The position numbers were made by a program, and so were the translations under genes. The notes under the pieces are model-generated. The model was not told where the DNA came from. It saw only the letters and a list, made by a program, of their open reading frames with translations, and searched no databases. Positions 36,251 through 46,651 of a stretch of 64,000 bases of DNA are shown piece by piece. Position 1 is the first letter of the stretch, and each line of letters opens with the position of its first letter. The stretch is from the NCBI GenBank assembly GCA_028023455.1, contig JAQFVV010000006.1:1426001-1490000 (forward strand), read 5' to 3'. The DNA comes from Epiperipatus broadwayi. Lineage: Eukaryota; Animalia; Onychophora.

Positions 36251-38233
36251 TAAATATATTATTACTTTTGTTGTTTCCTAGCAGAAAAAATTGATAATAA
36301 TAATAAACAAATAATAAAATGAAAATTGTTTTTTTTTTTTAAATAGAAAGATGTTTCGATAATAATTTTACTTTATTAAAGTTAAATTAAGGGAGTGAAA
36401 TAATTTGCTTTAAAAATGTTTCGTCTTGCTTTCTTATAAAAGATAATGATATCTAATAAAACTTTTTTGAGGTTTGATTCGCAAATAGAACTGATTATTT
36501 TGAAAAATTTTAATTTAATTAATAAATAAAGATGAGCAGGATAGGTATTTGCATGAAATAGTAGAATAAAGAAAAATAGAGAATCGGCAAGTATTGATCA
36601 TTGTGAAAGAAGAAATCTACTACCTGAGTCACGTGGTAGTGAAGATCTGGCTAGAAAATGAAAGCTAAAATTAAGTCCAGGAAGAAATAACAGAGTGTGT
36701 AATAAAAATAGAATTTGACCTGAAAGAGAAAAAAAATTCCCATCAAAGCTAGAGTTGGCTATACAGAGTTCAAATAATATGTATGAAAATATTCAAGAAA
36801 ATGATAATAAGGATGAGCCCTCAGACATCAATGCAAACATATAATTTAAAAAATAAGCAATTTTTTCAGAGTATATGGGTGGAGCTTCAACAGGTTGGAG
36901 AGATATTTTAATCTGAAACTTAGTTATCTGAAAAGAGTAAAATAGGGACAGCATGTACCCATCTCCAAAGTACATCCCAAACATGGCAGGATTTGTTGTT
37001 TGAGAAGGAATCAAACATTTGTATTGCCCAAGAGAGGGTTTCATCCCATTTCAGGTAATCAAGCTGAGAGTGTTAACAGCTGATCCTTTTATCCAAAAGT
37101 CAGATTAAAATCAGGCATTGAACAAATGCTTATAAGCACTGTTGGAAAACCATGGAGCAGGTGGATGAACTATTAAATGTGTTTAAGAGCAATAAATAAT
37201 GATGGCACAAGAGAATGGATTTAAATCCCAACAGAATTGTTAAATGGGAATCTGAAGCCCAGATCGATACAGTTGAAAATAGAAATGCTACAGCATTGTA
37301 TGAGGAAAGATCTGAAGGCTGACTGTCTTGGGGAAATAAAAAAAGAAAAGAAGGTCAATAAACAATCCAACCAGTCTGGATAGAACAAGAATTATTTATT
37401 GGACTGGAAGTGGAACTTTAAATTGACAACAAAGAATTACCACCACTGATCACATTATAAATGTCAATTGCTTTCAGTAGGAGGTAGTCCCATCTCACCA
37501 ACAGTTCATATTGTAAATCTACGGGAATGAGAACCAAGCACTTTGCTGCACACGCTATTTGTTCACGCCGTTTGGACTCCGGCAATTCAGGGTTCATGCT
37601 TGATTTTCCTCTTGGTGTTTTTAATTAGTCGGTTCCATTTCTATAGTATCAAGAAATATTTGTAATTAGCAAATATTTCTTGGCATTTATCAAATGCAAT
37701 TTTCTTATCACATATTCCGTAAATATTTTCTATTGTTGAATTCTACACAAATTTAATTATTAATTAAACTTTTTTACTTTCTATCTGATTTAATTATACA
37801 ATGTTCTTTTTTTTCTTAAATTACTTTACCCAAACAGTTCATTAATTTTACTCTTATCAGTTATTGATCGAAAAAGATATATTCCTCTAATATATTTTCC
37901 TTACTTTTTCTGGAGCACAAAAAAACTTATAATTATTGAATTACAATGTATATACTTTTAGAAACATGACAGTTACATAACAAATATGCATTTAATTTGA
38001 TATTACAGAGGGCTAGTAATATGTAGCTATTTTTTATTTTAATTAATGTTTGTGCCGTCATTTTCATATAGAGTGGTTTAATGCTATATTAGAATGATAG
38101 ATTTGAAATAAAGGTTCCTAGATTAAAACTTAACCTGTCTCATCCAAGGCTGAAAAATTACACCCTCTTCTAAGCATCTAAGCATTCTGTTATTTTTTTT
38201 TTTTATATTAAAATTCTCTCTATATAAAGAATT

Positions 38234-38390
38234 GTCAAACATCACATGATCACTATTCTTTATGCTTATACAACTATTTTTCACAGAGGCAAAACTCTCC
38301 ATACAGTAGCGCCACTCAACTTTCCTGCATCCATTGATTACTCTGGCTTGCACTGAGTGACGCTACTGTATGGAGAGTTTTGGCTCTGTG
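38234..38390. mobile_element. Family B 3'-end mini tail-out insertion with perfect 12-bp TSD
   Basis: TSD ATATAAAGAATT at 38222-38233 and 38391-38402. The minus arm starts at (GTCA)AACATCACATGATCAC and the plus arm ends at GGCTCTGTG. Confidence 0.88.
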
Positions 38391-39917
38391 ATATAAAGAA
38401 TTATATTCAGATTTATTGACACCATAATACAATTCAACTATTAAGCCACTTACTTATAAATGCTAAGCAATGACTTGAAAAAGATGTCTCAGCCTCTCTC
38501 TAGATTTTCGTAGATAAATAAAAAAGCATATTTAAACATCACGAACAAGTGTGGAATTTAAATTAACTGTGATATTGTCAAAACTTCATATTTAAAGGCA
38601 TAGTAGACAATTATTTCTTTTAGCGCCTTTTTAAACACACTCTTGCTTAATAATTTAGTATATATGTGAAGTATTCACATAACACACAGCATTTTACAAT
38701 TATACTGTTTAATGTGAAGCTTTAATAATAGTCAATTTAAATATCACATTTGTTTATGGTTGTTTAAATATATATTGTCTTTTACACCCTGACATAGTAA
38801 CTAAAGAGAAGTGGAATTATCTTTTTCTACTTGTTGCTAAGCAATTATAAACGAATGGTTTAATGGTTGAATTGTTAGTAGTTTTGATTTGTGGGCAGAT
38901 TCTTTAGTATCACACCCATTAGTCTGGCTATGATACCAATTTTGTTATGATTTTGCTATATATTTTTAGAATCTTATAGAATGTCCTTATGGAATATCAA
39001 TAAGGGGTGCAGGACATATTTTCATACAATAAATTGGTTAAAAGAATAGTTCCGTATGCAAATAATTTTGTCACAGTAGTTCTGTATAATGAAGTGTCAT
39101 ATTTTTTTAAATTGTTAAATACATCAGCAACACGTCGCACTCCATGTTGTAAGTCAGTGTTGTCAAATATAGCAACATGTCGGATTCCATGTTGGAACTC
39201 GACATTCAAATTCTTGATTTTTAAAAATTATCCAAAATATAATATAGTTTTAAAATTGTGATTATAGAAATTTGATGACCATTGAGGATATAATGTTATA
39301 TTTTGATCGTGGGCTCTATCATCTAATAACATTAGCCTTATCTACTGGCACAGAATCTAAATATTTTACTAATTTTTAAAGTGCACGGCTTTGTTTTCAA
39401 CTTTAATCCCAAATTATTATTTTTTTTTACAAATCCTCAGACTCTGTCTTTTTGACTGAAAATTTTAAGCATATTGATCTAGGAAGGGCACATTTGTAAT
39501 ATATCATATTTTTTCAAAGCCCATCCTTCTAAACACTCAAGTTATGGATCGTAATTCACCCTACTATTTTGGAATAGTTTCTTAGAGACTAGAGGCTGCT
39601 CCTTCACAATTAATTTTGTTTGTTAACAGATTTAGATATTCTACTTAATAATACTCTTGAGGAAATAATATTCTGTTTCTAGTTAATAATGGAAAAGTTA
39701 GTTATTTGATACATCATGTAATATTATGGTACAAAATGTGGCAGATGTTAGTAAGTAACTAAGAATCACATGATCACCATTCTTTATGCTTACCCAAGCT
39801 GATAATGCAGAGGCAAAACTCTCCATACAGTAGAGCCACTCGGTGCAAGCCAGAGTAATCAATGGATGCAGAAAAGTTTGTGCATAAAATGACTATCTAG
39901 TGCCTTCTCATCTAATA

Positions 39918-39959
39918 TCCTCAGACTAGTTTCTAGCTTGTGGCTTTCATCAGTGAGGA
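39918..39959 (-). ncRNA. Minimal type I HHR (family B, perfect stem I)
   Basis: Minus strand reads TCCTCA-CTGATGA-A AGC cacaa GCT A-GAAA-CTAG-TC-TGAGGA. The U.G wobble of other copies is replaced by U-A. Confidence 0.87.
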
Positions 39960-40099
39960 GCCTTGGATCTGAGAGCACTGATTAGGATCTAAAGCAACTC
40001 TCCAGCAGCAACCTTTTACTTTTTAAATTAACTATACAGTTTTGACTCCAAAATGAAACAATAATGTTTTCAATTCAAGCTGATTTACTTGTATAGGCA

Positions 40100-40139
40100 C
40101 CTCACTGATGAAAGCCACAAGCTAGAAACTAGTCTGGGA
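40100..40139 (+). ncRNA. Minimal type I HHR (family B)
   Basis: CCTCA-CTGATGA-AAGCCACAAGCTA-GAAA-CTAG-TC-TGGGA. Stem I is 4 bp, and the motif sits right at the inversion junction. Confidence 0.75.
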
Positions 40140-41344
40140 TATTAGATGAGTAGGGATTAGATAGGGATTTTACATACAAACCTTTCTGCATACATTGATT
40201 ACTCTGGCTTGCACTTGGCACTACTGTTTGGAAAGTTTTGTCTCTGTGTTATCAGCTTGTGTAAGCATAAAGAATGGTGATCATGTGATGTTCAGTGGTT
40301 TAATACCAATCCTTCCCAATAGGATTATGGTGAATATGGTACCAAAGACATGAAAATGTATAGATGTTGAACTGAGTCCAGATCTATATGACTATACAAA
40401 TAAATGAGCTTGAATTGAAAACATTATTGTTTTCATTTTGGACTCGATGCTGTATAGTTAACTAAAAAAGTAAAAGGTGGTTGCTGGAGGGTTGCATTAG
40501 ATTCTAAGATCTAGGTGCAGTGCTCTCAGATCCAAGGAGCCACAAGCTAAGAACTAGTCTAGGGATATTGGATGAATAGCCACTAAATAGGGATTTTATG
40601 CACCAACCTTTCTGCATCCATTGATTATTCTGGCTTACACTGAGTGGCACTACTGTATGGAGAGTTTTGCCTCTGTGTAATTAAGTATCAGTAGGAATGC
40701 AATTTATTATTCTAATCTCTAATAAAGAATCATCCTACAAACGTCTTAAAAAGTGTTTAGATCCTTTTTGACAAATGGTCTGTGTATATCATGGTTTACG
40801 TTAAAGAGGTGTTTAATTTCTGTAACACATGAATATGCTCATTGTATATACTATTCGAGCTTCATTGGTAGATTGGTCCTACTGTGAGCTTTAGGATTGC
40901 ATTAAAGAATTTTTAAAGGTGATGCTTTGAAAAAATTAGTTCATTAGGTTGAGTAAATGAACTTACATTCCTAAGAAGTATGAGTAGTTGAATATAGCAA
41001 ACAAATCTCACAGGATGCTAACTCTAGCATGATGTCTATAATGAAAATGTATTTATTATGTTAGATTGTTTTTTTTTTGGTGTGTCTTTCAGATGATTTG
41101 TATACATTTTCTAATAACATATGTCCCTTAGAATGGATTATTTAATATAGAATTATATAAATATTAAAATGGTAATAAATAAAATATGCATTTATATCCA
41201 CATGTAAATTGTCCTTAGCTATAATTTATCGTTTTCATATAGAAATTTTATTCACCATTTTCAACTATTATTAAAGTAAAAGTATTTATCAAAATTTTAA
41301 AATTTAGTTCATGATTTAGTCAGTAGAGGACAGTATATTATATT

Positions 41345-41920
41345 TTTTGTTGAGTGTTATAGTGGTAAGGAATGGGATAAAAGAATAGATTTATTAATAA
41401 AGAATAGGGAATTAGCGAGATGGAGAATTAGTATGGAGAGTAAAAAGAGTTTAAATATATATAGAAATAAACAGAATATTAGGTGCGAGTAAGGAAAGTA
41501 GTTTATTGTTTAAGGCTCAAACGGGATCTTTAGCAACAAGAGAATATATATGTAAGTGGAAAAATATGGGTGATTTAGTCTGTAAATTATGTAAGGAAGG
41601 AATAGAATATATTAGGCATCTGTTAATTGAATGTAAATGCTTGAAAACAGAAAGGGCACATATAATGAAGTTATGGAAGAATAAATATGAAAAAAGTGGT
41701 TATACAGAAAGTGGATTGTTGGTTTTTATGCTGGGTTTGGGAAAAGATTAGGAGGATTTAGATATAAAGGCCATAGAGTTGATAAATGAGATGGAGCAGA
41801 ATATGGGAAAACTTAGACTGGGGAATGGAAAATAAAGTGGCTAAAAGGTTTCTCTGGGCATAATTGGTGAGATATTCTTGATTCCGTTTAAGGAGAAGCT
41901 ACAGTACATTACATGACATT
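41345..41920 (+). mobile_element. Second 5'-truncated copy of the zinc-knuckle LINE
   Basis: Closely similar to ~20400-20989: CKLCKEGIEYIRHLLIEC, and tail GGAGAAGCTACAGTACATTACATGACAT. Confidence 0.8.
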
Positions 41921-42296
41921 ATTGAACTTGTAGTAAAGCCCATGTTTTTTCCATGCGCCCACACATTGATTACCATTTGATATACTATTTTAAATTATTA
42001 ATTGACCGTAGTAAATACTTTAAAATGTTGCATTTATATTTTTGTCATTGTGATTTTTTATGTCTGTTTTAGACTCTAATTAAAATAACGAAGTTTAAAT
42101 AAATTATTTTCATCTCTTCTTTAATTATCTAGTTTTTTTATTTTTAATATGACTTTGTTTATCGGACTAGCCTCAATTTCTTTTTTTGTATTTACTGACT
42201 AACTATTCATCTCACTTTAATTACTTGTGTTGAGATATATATCATTGCATATTATTTTCATTTATAATATAACCCCAATACTTACATACATACATT

Positions 42297-43038
42297 AATT
42301 AAAATTACCTCAAATCCAAAACTCAACTAGACTAGTCACGAAAAACGAAAAAACAAAATCGAAAACACAACCAAAGGTTTCACTGCTACAAGCAGACTTC
42401 TCAAGTATAAAGAACTACAAAAACAACACCATATATATATGTTAAACATTACCCACAAATCCATTTACTTCCCATCCCTCCTTAATATTAAAAGAACTCT
42501 TAAATAAGTTAATTGCTTCAGAATAATACATTATCGATAATAAAGATTTTTTAATTCTTCTTTTTATTTCATTTCTCACAAAGAAGGCAACCTTAGCTTC
42601 ATCAAAATTAATAGTGTGGCCTGTATCTTTTTCATGGACATACAAAGCAGAACTAAGATATTTATTTCTAATCCTACTTCTATGAATGTCTTAGTTCTGC
42701 TTTGTATGTCCATGAAAAAGATACAGGCCACACTATTAATTTTGATGAAGCTAAAGTTGTCTTCTTTGAGAGAAATGAAATAAGAAGAATTAAAGAATCT
42801 TTATTATTGAAAATGTATTATTCTGAAGCAATTAACTTATTTAAGAGTTCTTTTAATATTAAGGGTGGATGGGAAGTAAATGGATTTGTGGGTAATGTTT
42901 AACATATATATATGGTGTTGTTTTTGTAGTTCTTTATACTCGAGAAGTCTGCTTGTAGCAGTGAAACCTTTGGTTGTGTTTTTGATTGTTTTTTCATGGC
43001 TAGTCTGGTTGAGTTTTGGATTTGGGGTAATTTTAATT
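42297..43038. mobile_element. Mini tail-out palindrome of the PLE 3' end (GIY-YIG C-terminus + HHR on each arm)
   Basis: Minus arm 42297-~42687 and plus arm ~42689-43038. Both encode YVHEKDTGHTINFDEAKV...GFVGNV and both end at GGGGTAATTTTAATT. HHR variants lie at 42365-42408 (-) and 42936-42979 (+, U4C). Confidence 0.92.
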
Positions 43039-43522
43039 ATTTATTGACTAATTTAGCTTCATGCTTGTAATGTATACATACATTAGGCATTTATTAAAAG
43101 ATACGTCCACTCCAATCCTAAGTTTAAAAAAAAAAAAACTGCTCTAGAGATTAGTTTTACAATAATTATACAAACCAGTCTTTGAACCACAAATATGCCC
43201 ATATATAGAACATACTGGTCGATTTCTTTTTTTTTATTTGATATTTTACAATCTGTCTTTTAATTTCTTCAGAAGATAACTATTTTTTCTGAAATATTTC
43301 AACACCATGTCTAATTGTAACTCTCCAATGTATTCTATTCTCTGCCATGTCTTCTTAATAGAAACAGTCTTCTTTAAAATATCTTTATGATAATCTTTGT
43401 AATGAAAATGGTGTCTACTTTCCCAAGAAAACCATAATCAAGTCACTGTAAAGCGCTTTTAAAAAACTTCATATTAATCAGTGTTTCACACATCTAATTT
43501 AACTGTGTATGGTTTTACAATA

Positions 43523-44847
43523 CACCTGGGTCTCGTTTTATGCGGTAGATAGGTTCCTCAGAAAACATGCACAAAAGAAATTGCACAAAAATGGACTTAA
43601 CTTACCTCGAAAAATGGGGGATACATACTGTAATTTTCCAAAAGTCGCATAAAAGCAAAGCAACAACATAAAATTACTTTAAAATTTGCATAAAAAAAAA
43701 AATAATAAAATAAAATATGACTAAGAAAGAATTTCAAATTTGAAAAAAATTGATACAAGACAAACTTTTTTTACTTTTTTTATTAACTACAGTATTTAAT
43801 TTTATTCAAAACAATATATTTTTATGCGTAATTTACATTTTTTTCATACATGTACGGTATTTTATTCATTATTGCTATTTGAGACATCAGATTCATCATG
43901 ATGTGATGTGATATGAGGTACTGTAGCTTCTCCTTAAACGAAGTCAAGAGGAAATACAACTAAAACGTTTTCCAATCGCTGTTGATCCTTCCCATTTCGC
44001 TAAGCGATCTAAAATTGAAATTTTTGTTTCCAAAGAAATTCATTTTCTTGGGTATTTTTTTAACTCTCCATTAGAATACACTAAAAATTTAAAATAAAAA
44101 CAAGAACTTAGACCTAAGATAATAAAAAGACACCGACTCACCACTGTTGGGCAAAATTTAATTAAAACTAACAATTAAAAATTAAATTCTTATTTTTGTC
44201 TTTAATTTTTTAATTTTCAATTCCGTTTAAAAATCAAATTTCATTGCTTCACATCACATTAATTTAATATCACGTTACGTAATTTTTAAATTGTTAATTA
44301 CAATTAAAAATCAGATTTTAATTGTTAAATTTAATTGTGCCTACTGCACTCACCTTTTAAAAATAAACTTGTGGACACTAAATGATTAATTCATTATGTA
44401 CCCTTTTTATAAAAAGCAAAAATAGAATGTGATTTAAAATGCAAAAACAACAATATACATAGTATTTTTCATCTATAATGTCTGAACAGATTTACATTAT
44501 AGTCTTGTAAAATTTAATATGTGTATAGAAAATGGGGAAATTCTGATTTTAAGTGAATTATGAACTTCTTTATTGCATAAAATCTATTACAGTATTATTA
44601 TAAAGTGCTGAAAATATTGAAATTATTAGATGGAAGTCAAACTCCGAAAATGTGCTATTACTTTAAATATAACGTGAGTGCACGAAATTTATAATATTTA
44701 AAGTAATAGCGCATTATCGGAGCTCGACTTCTGATCTAATAATTTTTATCGCATAAAAGAAAACTGGATACAAAGATAATAGGAAGAAACATGAATCGCA
44801 TAACTTCAAAATTGCATTAAATAAATTGCATAAAACGAGACCCAGTG
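43523..44847. mobile_element. Tc1/mariner-superfamily (pogo/Tigger-like) non-autonomous element with nested inserts
   Basis: TIRs CAC(C)TGGGTCTCGTTTTATGC / GCATAAAACGAGACCCAGTG flanked by TA. It contains a LINE 3' tail (43898-43949, minus) and a ~55-bp-arm hairpin (~44622-44745). Confidence 0.75.
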
Positions 44848-45286
44848 TAAATAGATTTATATTATCACATCCAACAAGTTGAAGATCATATTCTCATGCA
44901 ATATCTTCAAATGAAACTTTTCTAATGCTTTATATTGAGTTGATATCTAAGTCACTAATCTCTCTATATAGCTAATGTATGTGCCATAGTCATTTCCCTA
45001 TAATGAAATACCATTGTTTTAACTTGTTAAAATCAGTAACGAAAATTAGAATCTGTGGCGCACCTCGACATACTAAGTTCACCTTTTTATTTATAAAACT
45101 ATTTAATAAACAATATATATATCTTTGTTAGCATACAATAAATCACAACCAGTAGCATATTGTTATGATTCGATGTACTTCTTGATTGGTAAAAATATTT
45201 TTTCGAATAACATGTTTTTTTGATAGAAGTAAGCTTTTATTATTTATGTATAATTGTGATTATTTATTAAGTGCATAGAAAGTAAG

Positions 45287-45870
45287 TAAATACTTTTAGA
45301 GAAAGGCTTTAACTGTTATCATATTTACTTTGAATGCTTATAATAGTCAACCGATATCTTTTTTTGACTATAGAGGGACCTCTCAAACTTTGACACAAGC
45401 TAGCGACTTTATAAAGATAAGAACGGCCGTCTTATCTTTAACCTAAATTACCACTTAAAAAATGAAGAGACTAACAGCTTCACGCGCCCAAGTCGAGATG
45501 CTTCAAGATTGCTCTTTATAAGTGATAGTTTAGGTTAATGATAAGACGGCTATTTTTATCTTTATGAAATTGTTATCTTGTGTCGAGGTTTAAGAGGTCC
45601 CTCTATAGTCAAAGAAAGACATCCTTTGGCTATTATAAACATTCAAGGAGCACATGATAAAGGTTAAAGTCTTTCTCTAAAAGTATTTATGTATAAATCA
45701 CTGAATGCATACCTTTATTTGCTTTTCTTAGTAAAAGATTAAAACTGAAACATAATTGTTCAATAATCTTTTACTAAGAAAAGCAAATAAAGGTATGCAT
45801 TCAGTGATTTATACATAAATACTTTTAAAGAAAGGCTTTAACCTTGATCATGTGATCCTTGAATGTTTAT
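45287..45870. repeat. Chained double palindrome (unit in -,+,- orientation)
   Basis: 45287-45455 is inverse to 45525-45689 (diverged), and 45635-45741 is inverse to 45764-45870 (near perfect). Confidence 0.8.
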
Positions 45871-46126
45871 TATTTTAAAATGACTTAGCAAATAATGACT
45901 ACCATTTTGTTATATCTTAGCAGGGTCAGTCAAGTTAGGGATACAACAGAGATGGGGTCAGGGCAAAATCATAAACATTTAAATAATTTTCTAAATTTTT
46001 TATTTTACAAAAATTTTTTTTTAGAAAAATTAAAAATGAATAATAGTGTACTCTTTTAATATAATAGTAAATAAAATCAAATCATACATCATGTGTTTTA
46101 ACTTGGTAAGCTTGGATTTTTTAAAA

Positions 46127-46540
46127 TAATGAGCGTGCTAATAGCTCTAACCAAGTTTTATCGATAAATGCGCAAGAGAAAGCATTCAAAATCTCTCTCT
46201 AGAAACATCCCTCACCCCAAACCGGTTTCAAGCTGTTCACTATCCTCAGTGAGATACTAGGATATTTCAGTTACTAGATTCAAAATACCAATTCAAAGTC
46301 AACACTTATCTGATATTTGACTATTAAGTAGAAAATCTGAAATTTTCAGACATCTATGTGTCTTAAAATCCAAATATCTATCTTAAATAGCTATATGAGT
46401 GTGAAAACTTCAGTCATACCTTATGTTAATAATAACCTTAACAATATAACATAGCTTACGACTTCAAATCAAAACTATAATAGTAAATAAAATAAAGTTA
46501 TACATCACGTGACTTAACTAAGAGCTTGCTAATTAATATA
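46127..46540 (-). mobile_element. Family D full monomer
   Basis: Reverse-complement homologue of 18836-19333 (shared CAGATTTTCTACT, GATATCCTAGTATCTCACTGA, GAGCTATTA.CA.GCTC), ending near the same 3' position. Confidence 0.78.
46213..46256 (-). ncRNA. Minimal type I HHR (family D, ACCGGT loop)
   Basis: Minus strand reads TATCTCA-CTGAGGA-T AGT gaaca GCT T-GAAA-C CG G-TT-TGGGGTG. 7-bp stem I with wobbles, palindromic ACCGGT stem III, GUU triplet. Confidence 0.75.
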
Positions 46541-46611
46541 ATATACACACATGTATATCTTTAGTACATATTAATCTACATATAAATCTTTCAGTAAAAG
46601 ACAATTGACTC

Positions 46612-46651
46612 CCACAATGCATTTCGTGCTGAAATAGCACTCATCAGTTGG
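46612..46651 (-). ncRNA. Minimal type I HHR (family A-related, canonical G10.1-C11.1)
   Basis: Minus strand reads GCCAA-CTGATGA-GTGCT atttc AGCAC-GAAA-T GC A-TT-GTGG. Perfect 5-bp stem II, palindromic ATGCAT stem III, AUU triplet, stem I with one mismatch. An inverted 3' half (GAAATGCATCTTGAGG) follows at ~46693. Confidence 0.7.

Larger units (their letters stand above)
39764..40676. mobile_element. Family B compound insertion: minus arm (~330 bp) + plus arm (~1.3 monomers), 9-bp near-TSD
   Basis: HHRs at 39918-39959 (-) and 40100-40139 (+), and a core-deleted one at ~40535-40566 (+). Flanks are GTAACTAAG (39755-39763) and GTAATTAAG (40677-40685). Confidence 0.88.

Noticed and set aside
38997-39261. 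Overlapping short ORFs with a duplicated GCAACAYGTCG..TCCATGTTG motif
   Set aside because: No recognisable domain. It is probably a decayed transposon fragment with a local duplication.
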